DNA from: Octopus sinensis
Taxonomy: Eukaryota
Length of the DNA: 64,000 bases
Direction of reading: 5' to 3'
Assembly: GCF_006345805.1 (NCBI RefSeq)
Contig: NC_043007.1
Location: forward strand, 17,360,001 to 17,424,000
Position numbers and translations under genes: made by a program
Shown: one piece after another, positions 26,894 through 40,773 of the stretch
Layout: every line of letters starts with the position of its first letter
How positions within the stretch are numbered: the stretch's first letter is position 1
The notes under the pieces: model-generated
Told to the model about the DNA's origin: nothing
What the model saw: only the letters and a program-made list of their open reading frames with translations
Databases searched by the model: none

Positions 26894-27590
26894 CGAGCTT
26901 CTTTCAGTTTCTTATTTCGTTATTAACCACAAGGGGCTAAACATAGAGGGGGCAAACAAGGACAGACAAACGGATTAAGTCGATTATATCGACCCCAGTG
27001 CGTAACTGGTACTTAATTAAACAACGCCAAAAGGATGGAAGGCAAAGTCAACCTTGGTGGAATTTGAACTCAGAATGTAGCGGCAGACAAAATACCGCAA
27101 AGCATTTCACCCGACGTGCTAACATTTCTGCCAGCTCACCACCTTCTTTCAGTTTCTGTCAACCAAATCCATTCACAAGGCTTTGGTTGGCCCAGAGCTA
27201 TAGTAGAAGACACTTGCCCAAGGTGCCATGCAGTGAGTTTGAACCCAGAACCATGTGGTTGGGAAGCAAACTTATTACCACAACAGCTATACCTGTTTGG
27301 ACATGCTCAGATGATCAAAGATTTTTATCTTGGTATATTACATATGTAAGACTCTGGTGTTCTTCAATGCATCAGTCACACTTCATTGAAGCCTATTCTG
27401 TTAGTAGGAGGGTTGTATGCATGTCACACATCAATGGATTCTGCTGAGCGGAAACAGACATTAGACATCTCTGTTACATCTCATTAGGCCCTAGTCAACT
27501 AGGAAAGGAGATAATTATTTCAGTCACACCTCACTGCACCCTGCTTAGTTCTGTGTGTGTGTGTGTGTTTGTGCACACGTGTGTGTGTGC

Positions 27591-27629
<39 letters not shown>

Positions 27630-27743
27630 TGCATGTATATGTCTTTGCCTGCCTGTCTGTCTGTATGTATGTCTGTCTGTATGTATGTATGCATGAATGC
27701 ACGTATGTATGTATGTATGTATGTATGTATGCATGCATGCATG

Positions 27744-27777
<34 letters not shown>

Positions 27778-30700
27778 TATATGTATGTATGCATGCATGC
27801 ATGCATGTATGTATGCATGCATGCATGCATGTATGTATGTATGCATGCATGCATGTATGTATGTATGTATATATGTATGTATACATGCATGTATGTATGT
27901 ATGTATGTATGTATGTATGTATGCATGCATGCATGCATGCATGAATGTATGTATGTATGTATGTATGCATGCATGCATGTATGTATGTATGTATGTATGT
28001 ATGTATGTATGTATACATGCATGTATGTATGTATGTATGTATGTATACATGCATGTATGTATGTATGTATGTATGTATACATGCATGCATGTATGTATGT
28101 ATGCATGCATGCATGTATGTATGTATGCATGCATGCATGCATGTATGTATGTATGTATGTATGTATACATGCATGTATGTATGTATGTATGTATGTATGT
28201 ATGTATGCATGTATGTGCGTGTGTATGTATGTCATCTGTGGTTAATGTTCAGTTGAAATGTTATGGCTTTGTAGACAATTGAAGGTTGGATACAGTCAGT
28301 GAGTTCACAGAAATAAAGGCTGTGAACAAAGAGCTACGATATCCCAACAATAACACAGCAATGGACACAGCCAACCAGTCAGAACCAGTAAAAAGTGAAA
28401 GTATAATGCTTCCCCTAAGTTAACAATGGATGGTAATGATGTTTGTATATGTGTATACCTTTATGATTGCGCTTGTCCCTCTCACTACTAACATTACTTG
28501 ACAACCGATGTCAGTTTGTTTACATCCCAATAACTTAGCAGTTCAGCAAAAGCGACTGATAAAGTAAGTACAAGACTTTAAAGATAAGGATTAGGATCAA
28601 CTTTATTTACCTTATTTACATTCGACGGATATTTGTCCTCATCTTGTTTGTTGTTAACACAACATTTCGCCTGATATACCCTCTAGCCTTCTTCAGGTGT
28701 CTTGGGGAAATTTCAAATCTGGGCTCTCATTCCTAAGGTACTTTTTGATGTTATTATTATTATTATTATCGTTGTTCAGGTCACTGCTTGGAATCGAACT
28801 CAGAATCTTGGGGTTAGTAGCATGCGCTCTTAACCACTACGCCATGTGCCCATAGTGGTTAAGAATAATACTAATAATAATAACATTGAAAAATACTTTA
28901 GGAATGAGAACCCAGGTTCGAAATTTCCCCAAGACACCTGAAGAAGGCTGGAGGGTATATCAGCCGAAATGTTGTGTTAACAACAAGCGAGATGAGGACA
29001 AATATCCATCAAATGTAAATAATGTAAATAATGTACATAATTCCTCATCTCTTAAATATAGAACTGTAGGGTCAACTTGTTCAACTAAACCCTTGAAGGT
29101 GGTGCCCCAGCATGGCCACAGTCCAATAACTGAGACAAGTAAATGATGAAAAGATAGTGTATTCTGGGTAACATTGCCTAATGTGTCTTTTTTTTAAAGA
29201 TGAACAACAAAGGATAAAAACACCTTCTCCTGTCCCTCCTCTTGTCCCATTTTTGTCCCTTTCTTGCCACCCCTCCTGTACCCCTTTTGTACCCCCATCC
29301 CACTTCTGAGAATCATAATTATCGTATTGTATCTTTCTTTTCTTTTATAACATTGGTTCATTGGATTTCTGGCTTCTGTTTTAGATGTCCGGCATATTGT
29401 GAAGAATAATCAGAAAAGAAATATATTTGGTGACACAGAAGTCTACGCCAGGTAATCTTGTCTTTTATCTAGAAATTCAGCTTTTTCCACTAAACCTGAC
29501 ATTATATTACACAGCCTGCTGTAGTAAATTTCAGTATTTTGATTATGGGACAAATGATAAGCTGGCTCTTGACATGAGGCTGGCTCACATCACTGTTCTG
29601 TTAGCCTGGATTGATGATACACTTTATATATCGGATCTGTTTTGAATTAATCACACATTATCTTGAAGCTTTGAGATCTCAGTGATGTGATTGTTTATTG
29701 TTACAATGACGTTGTTGAGTAAGTGTGAGAAGTCAGATCTGGCTGGTTTGAACATAAACCAAGTAGAATATTTGGGACAAATATGGCCGGTTTAAATTCT
29801 AAAGGGTTAAATAAAAGGCTAAAGTTAAACATATTGGTCAAGGATATTTAAATTTAAAAAGAATGTAAAAAGTTTCATTTCATGCGCAAGGGAGATAACT
29901 CACATCAATATTTAAACAGTTCTTAAACTGTTTTATTTATATTTATGAAAAGGTACAAATTTATTTTGAGAATTTAGTTTTAAATTTAAACCAAGAATAA
30001 GTTTTATAAGATGTTTTGGTAAAAGACCTAAATGTGCCTGTGAATTCCAAAATTTAGTTAAAGTAATTAAAAATTGTGAAATTATGAAGCAATGAAATCA
30101 TTTGAAATTGGATAAGACACTGTAGACATCATATAAATTTTGTTAAGTCTACTGTGGATCAATTGGAATAATGACAGATAAGGAAGAATAACCTCAAAGA
30201 ATGGTATCCAACAAACTAAAAATGGGAAACTATGGATGTTAGATTAATATTATTTATTTCGTTTAGTTAGTTTAGTTGTGAAGGCGCATGGCTCAGTGGT
30301 TAGAGCAGTGAGCTTACAATTGTGAGGTTGTGAGTTCGAATCCCAGACCGGACTGCGTGTTGTGTTGTTGAGCAAGACACTTTATTTCACGTTGTTCCAG
30401 TCCACCCAGCTGTAGGAATGAGTTGCGACGTCCCCTTGTAGAGGGGAGGCCGGTATGCATGGGCGACTGCTGGTCTTCCACAAACAACCTTGCCTGGACT
30501 TATACCTAGGAGGGTAACTTTCTAGGTGCAATCCCATGGTCCGTCATGACAGAAAGGGGTCTCAAAGTTAGTCAAAATAAAGGTTGTGAAATTTGTGCTA
30601 AATTAGGTTAAATTACTACATAATGGTATTTATCAAAATGTGATTATTACACTATTGTCTAAGTAGCGAAAAATTATATGAAGGGCAGGAGAACAGTTTT

Positions 30701-31445
30701 TAGGTATTGAAAGAATGTTCTTCAAGTAATTTAGATAGAAAAAAGAAGTAAAATAAGTGAATGCATAATAATGGTCATTAAACTATGGAGGAAAATCACC
30801 CTCCTCCTCCTCCTTATCATCACCATCATTTAATGTCTGTTTTTCCATGCTGGCATGGGTTGCATGGTTTGAGAGGATTTGCTGGGTCCAAGGACTGCAT
30901 CGTGCACCAATGTCTATTTTGGCATGGTTTCTATGGTTGGGTGTCCTTGCATACACCAACCACTTTACTGTGTGTATAGGGTGATTTTTCCATGCCACCA
31001 GCACAAATGTGGTCACCGTGCAGCCCCACACGACTACAGAACACAGAAGCAGAGACCTACTGGACATCATTCCCAAACTGAGATTGGTGCAAAAGCAATG
31101 ATCACTCTCTGACTGTCCATAACAAACATATTTATATATATATATATATTGTCCTGCTCACTTAGCCAGCGGGGTGGCATCATTTGAAGGCTAAACCAAT
31201 GCGAAGCGCATTGTGACCAGTGATGTGTAGCAACATCTGATAGTCTGGTCGGTCACGGTGATCACTGTGATATACATATATGTATATAATAGTAGTCTAT
31301 ACATAACTGTTATGTTTTTACTGATGCCTTCCCCAAGTGTCATAACTTGCTTGGTTAAATGTGGAATCTAATTGTTAACAAGTGAGGCTCTTTTCACACT
31401 ACAAAGTTGGACACTAGCTTATCTTTGAAATGTGTTCGCTATATC

Positions 31446-31482
<37 letters not shown>

Positions 31483-33567
31483 ATATATATATAGTATATA
31501 TTTCGGTATGGTATCACTTAGCATAAAGAATTCAAAATATTTTAAGTGTCAAGGTTTTATTAAAAAGTCTGCTCACGCGCAAACAAGCTTGCATGCCTGT
31601 GTGCGCACACACACACAATTACACTGAATTACGTTCCACTGCTGGGAATGTATTGAGAACCATTTTTTGATGAATAATACAAAATTATAGTATATATATT
31701 TTTTAGGTCGGCGAGCTAGCAGAAACGTTAGCGCGCCGGGCGAAATGCTTAGTGGTATTTCGTCCGCCGCTACGTTCTGAGTTCAAATTCCGCCGAGGTC
31801 GACTTTGCCTTTCATCCTTTCGGGGTCGATAAATTAAGTACCAGTTACGCACTAGGGTCGATATAATCGACTTAATCCCTTTGTCTGTCCTTGTTTGTCC
31901 CCTCTATGTTTAGCCCCCTATGGGCAATAAAGAAATAAATATATTTTTGTCCCACATAAATACGGAAATTTATGAATCATTAATTGAAACTTTAAATGAA
32001 ATCCGAGTCGGTTCGCTTTCAAGATGCGTTATGCGAGGGGAGATAATTCACGCTATTCCTAAACTAAAAAAAAAATGATTTACACTTTATTTATTTATTT
32101 ATTTATTTAATTATTCATTTATTTATTTATCCTTACAGATCTTTACGGTGGAACAATGATTTAGACAGCTTTAAATGCCCTGAGAAATTTGATTATATCC
32201 TCTGTGCTGACTGGTAAGTTCATCCAAGTCTAAACTGTAATCTCCAACCGACAATATTTCAGTAAGAACAGATTTTTTTTTTATTAGCTCAAAAGTTTTC
32301 TCGCATTGAATGCTTTAGATTTTACTTTACAAATTATTTCCCATCTACATGTCATCTCTGCACAGTTTTTCTTCGATCATTATGCAGTGTTGTTGCGTAA
32401 ATTTGTCAGTGTCACTGTACATGCATATAGTAATTTTTTTGTTAAAGATCTCTTTATTATTCTTCGTTGAGAAAATCTAATAAGACATAATCATGGATGG
32501 TGTTGTCATAGTGTCATAGATTAGATTATTTTTCCTTCTCACTACAAGCCTATTCTCAATTTTATTAAATTACTAGCAGTATTGCCCGGCGTTGCTCAGG
32601 TTTGTTTCGACCCTTTAGAATTGGAATTTTTGAAAAGTAAAAATTTTGCATTATGTAGCTTGTTATTCTCTTTAAGTGAACATTTTTCTGGTTGAAATAC
32701 ACCGAAAAATGGCGACACAGCAGTCAAAAGATCGTAAAAAATAGGGATTTTCATAGAAAAAAAGCACCTTTTTGATGTAAATTATTTTTGGTGTTAACAT
32801 GGTTCGATTTTAATTTTTTCTTCTACGGAAGGAAGAGCAAGCCTTCTTCTATCATACTCTCAATTTTGGTCAACTTGCGCCGCAGGGTCTCGGAGGAGAT
32901 AGTGTTAGTTGAAGGCTACCAAACCTGCCATACACAGACAACTTCAGCTTTATATATAGAGAGAGATAATAATGAAATTTTAGGTTCTTCCACAGTCAAC
33001 TCATTTCGGTTTGTGTGTGTGCTGGAGTTGCTTCCCCTGCTTGTCTAAAGTAGATATCAGCGTTGATCCAATGTTTTATAATTCCTTAGTCTTAATTAAT
33101 TAAAATTTTCTTGGAGCCACATTAAATGCATTAGCGCTTAAATTACAATAAAAATTTGAGGTTTTTTTTCGTCTGAAAATTCTTTTTGGAGCTTGTACGG
33201 AACATATAGTTTTATTAATTTGGCAGTATTTAAAATAGAACATTGTAAATCAGAGCGTTGTCCTGCCAACAGCAGTCTGTCTAGGAGAAAGATCATTCAG
33301 ACGTTGAATGTGTTCCACCAATGGTATCTATATAGATTACTCAAGATCACTTACAGGGACACAGTTACCAATTCCGAAGTCCTGCGAAGCGTTTAGCTTG
33401 TATGTTTACAGTTTGATAAAGCTGAGTTGGAAGGTGTTATAGAGAGTTGTGATTCTCAAACCATGGATTGAAAGAAATAGTTATTAATGTGGTGTTGATC
33501 ACATAGGTAGAATACTGCCAGTTGGTATTTGTCAACATTGCCATACACACGCGCACACACGCGCACA

Positions 33568-33618
<51 letters not shown>

Positions 33619-35804
33619 AATATGAGAAATAGAGTGGTTATATATTTATATTGTTGAGTAGTATATTACTGGTTATGTCGTATACTACTGGTATTCCATC
33701 TTTTACAACAAGTTGGTCCAATCAATGGAATGGCCTGCTCGTAAAATTAGCATGCAAGTGGCTGAGCATTCTGCAGACAAGCATGCTCCTGACGTAATTC
33801 TCAGGGATATTCAGCATGACACAGAATGTGACAAGGCTGGCCCTTTCACTTACAGGTTCAACTCATTTTTGCCAGCTGAGTGAATTGACGCAACATGAAA
33901 TAAAGTGTCTTGCTCAAGGATACTATCTGCCACTTGGAATCGAACTCAGGACCTTATGATCATGAGCCAAATACTCTAACCACTAAGCCATGCACCATCA
34001 CCTTATGGTATATAACTGATAAGCATATTATTGTTGGTTTCGAGTCTAGAGTTACATTTGGCTATACAAGTAGAACATCGACTTTCTGGAATCTTTAGCT
34101 CCAAGGCCATTCTGGACGATTTTTCTGAATCAGAGCTGTTCAAACTTTAAATTAAATAAATATCAAATTTCCTTAAATAATTAAATGAAATACAGGTGCC
34201 TCTACATTGGACACTAAACTCTGTTGAGGCAAGTGAAATCGAAATCGAAATCAAATTCGATGACTGGCATCTGTGCTAGTGGAGTGCTAAGAGTACCATA
34301 CGAGTGAGATCGTTGCCAGAGCAACAAACTGGCTTCCATGCTGGTGGCATGTAAAAAGCACCATTCAAGCGTGATCGTTACCTGTTTCACCTTACTGGAA
34401 CCTGTGCTGGTGGCATGTGAGAAAACATTCGAGCGAGGTCATTGCCAGTGCCGCTGGACTGGCTCCTGTACAGATGGCAAATAAAAAACACCATTTGAGC
34501 ATGGGCGTTGCCAGTACCACCTGACTGGCCCTTGTGCTGGTGGCATGTAAAAGCACCCACTACACTCATGGAGTGGTTGGCATTAGGAAGGGCATCAAGC
34601 TGTAGAAACTCTGCCAGATCAGATTGGAGCCTGGTGCAGCCATCTGGTTTGCCAGTCCTCAGTCAAATCGTCCAACCCACGCTAGCATGGAAAGCAGACG
34701 TTAAACGATGATGATAATGACGATGATGAAAAAAGTTTATTAATACTGAACTATGCAAGGTACCAGTAAATTAGTCTGGTGCACATAGGAATTTGAAATT
34801 ACAGCTCAAAATTTTTGCTGATTACCATCAGTTCGGGACCATCAGTGTCAAGAAAGTTGATGTACGTGTATTGAGAATTCTTCAAACCTACTGCTCAAAA
34901 ATTTTGAAGAATCAACATTAAGAACCACCAGTAACATTCCAACCAATTACATGCCACAATTAGTAATATACTGTTGAATGATATATATATATATTCTTTT
35001 ATTCTTTTACTTGTTTCAGTCATTTGACTGCGGCCATGCTGGAGCACCGCCTTTAGTCGAGCAAATCGCCCCCAGGACTTATTCTTTGTAAGCCTAGTGC
35101 TATCAGCCTCTTTTGCCAAACCACTAAGTTATGGGGATGTAAACACACCAGCATCAGTCGTCAAGCGATGTTTGAGGGGCAAACACAGACACACAAACAC
35201 ACACACATATATATATGTACATATACATATATACGGCGTGCTTCTTTCAGTTTCTGTCTACCAAATCCACTCACAAGGCTTTGGTCGGCCCAAGGCTATA
35301 AGTAGAAGACACTTGCCCAAGGTGCTACACAGCGGGACTGAACCTAGAACCATGTGGTTGGTAAGCAAGCTACTTACCACATAGCCACTCCTTTTATCTT
35401 GTATTTGTTTCAATCATTAGACTGTGGCCATACTGAGGCATCACCTTGAAGAATATTTAGTCAAATGAATCAACTCCAATACTAATTTTTTCTAAGCCTG
35501 GCATTTATTCTGTTGGACTCTTTTGTCAAACTGCTAAGTCACAAGGTTAGGGAAGACAAACACATATACACACACATGTGCACACACACACATACATATA
35601 TGTATGTATTAGACAGGCTTCTTTCAGCTTCCATCTACCAAATCCACTCACAAGGCTTTGGTCTGCCTGAGGCTATAGTAGAAGACGCTTTCCCAAGGTG
35701 CAATGCAGTGGGACTGAACCTGGAACCATGTGATGGGGAAGCAAGCTTCTTACCACGCAACCAAGCTGTATATATACATACACACACATATGTATGTATA
35801 TATG

Positions 35805-35849
<45 letters not shown>

Positions 35850-35870
35850 GTATATAATATATGTGTGTAT

Positions 35871-35915
<45 letters not shown>

Positions 35916-36007
35916 TATATATTATATATATACACACACACATACATGTACATATGCATATATTTATGTGAATATATGTATATGCATGTGTATATATGTG
36001 CGTGCAT

Positions 36008-36044
<37 letters not shown>

Positions 36045-38149
36045 TATGTGTGTGTATGTGTGTGTGTGTAGATTGATATAAATATAAGTACTTCTAGATT
36101 GTGAGACCTAATTGTTGTGAAGCACTGCCTTAAAAAGTTCCTTCCCTTCTTAGCCCTGAATTGAACCTAGATCTCTCATATTACAGTTGTGGATACTTAT
36201 TCTTTTTGCAACTTATAAGTACACGCCACATGTGTTCACTTCATGTATGCCACACACTTCTCTGTTTACATGTAAACTTAGCTACTTACTTTGCACTTTT
36301 ATAAAAAATGTATCTCTCAGCATTTAAATTTTGAAATCCTGATAATCTTTATGTTTATCACATTAAGCTTCCCTTGGCATGTTTAGAAAAATATTTAATA
36401 AAGAATGCTTATTTGTTTTATTTTAGGATGAGAATTGAGATGTTTATTAATTTATTAATTTATTTATTTATCTTCCTTATCCTCTGGAAACTTTCCTGAA
36501 TTTTTTATCAGGTGTAGATAAAGCTATATTTTATTAAAAAAATAAGGTATTTTAGGTTTTTATAAACCACTCTCAATGTATCTGTCTATAGGATGTTTTC
36601 GGTTTGAACGGCAGTTTTTTCTAGCAGTGTCATATGAAATTGTCACCCATAATTATGACCCTAGTATCGATCTATTGCATTTCAATCTATTTTAGGGTTA
36701 GAGTTAGTTAGGGTTAGTTAGAGTTAGGGTTTGGGTTAGGTTAGGGGTGGGGGGAAGGGTATCTTTTTTTCTTCACAAATGTAAATAAACCCAATCTGTT
36801 TCTTAAACGAGGGACATATTCATACGGCACAGAATGCTTTTTTACCTCAATAGATGTCAGTGATTGGTTGAAATTGCAGAAATTGAAGAAAAAAAACAAC
36901 AAATATCTTACAAACTATAGAATTTTCTCAAGAAAGCCAAGAGAAAAAGATGTTTTATAAACACATTCTACCAGTATACGAAGTTTAGAATTTTTTGTTA
37001 CCTAGAAATTATGTTAAAAACTGCCGTTCAAACCGAAAAGATCCCTGTCTGTATATTTGGTGTTCTCAGAAGTCTGTATTTTGTATGCTTATATTCATAT
37101 GATCTGACAGAACAAAAAGCAATCACCAGGACACTTAGTATCCAGCTGTTTGAAAATTGAGTAAAGCTTGGATATGCGAACTGAATTAGTTATTTATGAA
37201 GCTTCCTCAATCGTTTTACTTGATATGGCTGCATGGTGAAGAAGCTCATTTTACAGCACCATGGTTTCAGTTTCAAGCTCACTGTGTGGCACCTTGGGCA
37301 AATGTCTTCCACTATAGCCCCAGGCTAACCAATGTCTTGTGAGTGAATTTGGTAGAAAGAAACTGTGTGGTAACTTATCGTGTGTGTGTGTGTGTGTGTG
37401 TGTGTATGGATGGATGGATGGATGGATGGATGGATGGATGGCTATACAAATATATATGTACATATATACATATATACATGTGTATGTGTGTGTGTATGTG
37501 TCTCTCCCCACCACTCACTTGACAACCAGCATTGGGTTATTTACATCCCTGTCACTAAGCAGTTCAGCAACAGAGACTGACACACTATGTGCTGGGTCTG
37601 ATTTGTTTGAGTTTTAGTCAGATAAATCAAACAGTGCCCCAGCATGGCCATAGTCCAGTGACTGAAACAACCAAAAAATAAGATAAAAGACAAGATGTAA
37701 TCAAATTTGTAATTCTTCCATGTTTTGTGACTAAAATATAAGGAAACCCATATTATTGTGCTGTTAAATGTGACATTACCTACCTGTATTGCATTATAAG
37801 TTTTCTTCATTTTTGCCTTTCTAGTTTGTTCTTCGAAGAAGCTCGGCTGGATTTGATTGATACATTAATTATTTACTGAAACCAGGTGTAAGTATTATTT
37901 CGACTTAATCCTCCTAATCTCAATGAAATAAGATAGATTTACCAAACAGTGGTGCAAATAAAGATAATGTAATAGATAGGTGCAGGCATAGATGTGTGGT
38001 GTTAAGATGTTTGCTTCCCAAAACACATGATTTCTGGCTCAGTTCCACAATGTGGCATCTTGGGACAAGGGTGTTCTTCTATAACCCTAGTCCAATCAAT
38101 GCTTTTTAAGTGGATTTAGGAGACAGTAATTTAAGGAAGCTTGTCATTC

Positions 38150-38180
<31 letters not shown>

Positions 38181-39350
38181 GTTTAGCGGCGTGCACAGAG
38201 CACAATACGAGTGTGATCATTGACAGAGCGGCTCACCGGCTTCCATGCCAGTGGCACATAAAAGGCACCGTTCGAGTGTGATCGTTACCAGCGTCGCCTT
38301 ACTGGCACCTGTGCCCAGTGCTAGTAGGGTGGTAAGAGCACCATCCAAGCGTGATCATTGCCAGAGCGGCTAACTGGCTTCCGTGCCGGTGGCACGTAAA
38401 AGGCACCGTTCGTGCGTGATCGTTACCAGCATCACCTTACTGGCACCTGTGTTGGTGGCACGTGAAAGAACATTCAAGCGAGGTCATTGCCAGTACTGCC
38501 TGACTGGCCCTGTGCCGGTGGCATGTAAAAAGCACCCACTACACTCTTGGAGTGTTTCGCATTAGGAAGGGCATCCAGCAGTAGAAACTCTGCCAGATCA
38601 AGATGGAGCCTGGTGCAGCCATCTGGTTCGCCAGTCCTCAGTCAAATCGTCCAATCCATGCTGGCATGGAAAGCGGATGTTAAACGATGATGATGATGAT
38701 ATATATATATTATATATATATTATATAATATATATATATATATAATGATGAAACCTCATTATATATTTAAACGGGATTTTGTTATTCTTGTTAAACTTCA
38801 TTTTACTAATGAAGTGGAAACAGCTGTACTTTATGAGATGAGTCATTTGTTTAATTAAATTGAACTGAGTTTATCATTTAATGATTAAATTATTTAATTG
38901 TTCAATTCATTGTTTTGCTTTCCATTTCTTTTATACATACATATATATTACATACATACATACATACATTCATATCTGTGTGGGTGGATGTGTGTGGGTG
39001 TGTGTGGGTGTGGGTGTGGATTGTGTGTGTGTGTGTGTGTGTAGAGTGTTAGGTGTAATGTACAGAAATTGAATACTGAGAAAAAAAGTTGTCAGAATTT
39101 TGGAAAAAATCTTTTTATTTCTGCATTATTATTGGTGCTTTTTCCTTCATTTCTTGAACTTGTCAAATAAAATTTTGTGAATATACAAACAGCTTGTGCA
39201 TTTATATGAAACAGATGTTTTGGGGGCGGGTTTGTTTAGAAGAAGAGAACAATGTTTTTGTTTTTTGGGTGAGGTTCCATTGACAATGGAGATGGATAGA
39301 TAGAAATACAGGTAGGGAGATAGGCTGATAGATGGATGGAAAGAGGGAGA

Positions 39351-39388
<38 letters not shown>

Positions 39389-40722
39389 AGGAGGATCTCT
39401 CTTCCTATTCACCATTTATTTATTTAGCCATTTACCATTGTATTGGAAAGGGTTTAAGAATGGTGGCCTCTTCAAAAAAAAAAGCAGGTGTGGTGTGGTC
39501 ATCACTAAAAGTCTTTTTGCTTTCTTTCTCTCTTCCCCTCTTTTTTCTTACCTTTTTGTCTTTTTTCTCCTCTTTCCTTCTTTTTTCCTTAGTTGAAAAT
39601 GTGTGAGGGTTACTAACATAACAGGGAGCGTATCCATCTTCAGAAAACTTACCTCATCTGCATATTCCATACATCTTGGGTGGGTAGAGTTAATCCATCA
39701 CCTGGTTTAATTCCAACACCTGGCACTTTGGATATCTTTAGCAAAGGCCACTGTGTTGCAAGCATTCTGACCAGGCTTCCAGTTCAAGGATACCTTCCTT
39801 CCTCCATCCTTCCCACCTGCCTCAAAAGCTTCCTTAAAGGTCAAGAGGTCATGGCCACTGCCTTCCTACCTGACTAAAAGATAAAAATATAATGCTTGTT
39901 CTATATATCCAGGGAAAGGTATCAATCACAATACCATAACTGAAAGATATTTCTCAATATTTTATAATATATTACATAAAATGATAAAAACGTCACCCTT
40001 TTCAAGCCTAACAAGGCTCATGGGCCCAGTTTCCCGGTTTCTGTGGCGTATGTGTTTCCCCCCAGCTGGACGGGACGCCAGTCCATTGCAGCATTACTCA
40101 AGAAACAGGAAGAGAGAGTGAGAGAAGGTTGTGGCGAAAGAGTACAACAGGGGTCGTCACCATTCCCTGCCGAAGCCTCATGGACCTTTTAGGTGTTTTT
40201 GCTCAATAAACACACACAACACCCGGTCTGGGAATCGAAACCGCGATCCTCCAACCGCAAGTCCACTGCCCTAACCACTGGGACATTGCGCCTCCACAAT
40301 ATATGACATAAAACACAAGTAAATAAAATGGTGTGTATATCCTCCTCCCCGCTTCCCACTCCACATCCTCCTCTTCATTATCATCATCATTTAATGCCTA
40401 CTTTTCCATGCTGGCATGGGTTGGATGGTTCAACGAGAACAGACGAGCCAGAGGGTACTGCCAGATTCTATGCCTGCTTTAGCATGGTTTCATTCAGTGT
40501 ACTGAATGTTTTTTGTCTGGCACCAACACTGGTGAGGTCACCAAAGTACCTGCAAGATAAGGCCCCTCAATTGAGTGGGTGTAGAATAGAGGGATAAAAA
40601 AAAAAACTATGATAGCGGGACAGGAGCAGAGGTCTTGCTGAAGATGTGAATATATGGATTGCTCACCTGGAAAGAGAGAGAGAGAGGGGGAGAGGGGGAG
40701 GAGAGAGAGAGAAGAGAGAGAG

Positions 40723-40773
<51 letters not shown>

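Larger units (their letters stand above)
28604..29030. mobile_element. Head-to-head inverted dimer of a tRNA-headed, hammerhead-bearing (Penelope/retrozyme-like) element
   Basis: Arms 28604-28769 and 28864-29030 are inverted copies. The centre holds a minus-strand tRNA-like head (tggcgtagtgg A-box, gagttcgattcc B-box). Confidence 0.7.

Noticed and set aside
27520-28282. MYVC/HTYI-repeat ORFs (also at 8.6-10.1, 16.4 and 43.2 kb)
   Set aside because: Tetranucleotide and dinucleotide microsatellite translations
28780-28851. tRNA gene calls for tRNA-like heads here and at 5783, 23441, 30278, 45301 and others
   Set aside because: A/B boxes are present, but they run into SINE bodies and I could not fold a complete cloverleaf; these are SINE heads
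37877-37887. Rescue of the CAMKMT frameshift by A-to-I editing of UGA to Trp plus the alternative donor at 37886 (61-nt in-frame exon, ..TLIIYWNQ|GEALV)
   Set aside because: Formally in frame and tempting in a cephalopod, but it destroys the conserved LLxPxG pattern that the shifted frame encodes and uses a weaker donor; a 1-nt indel is more parsimonious
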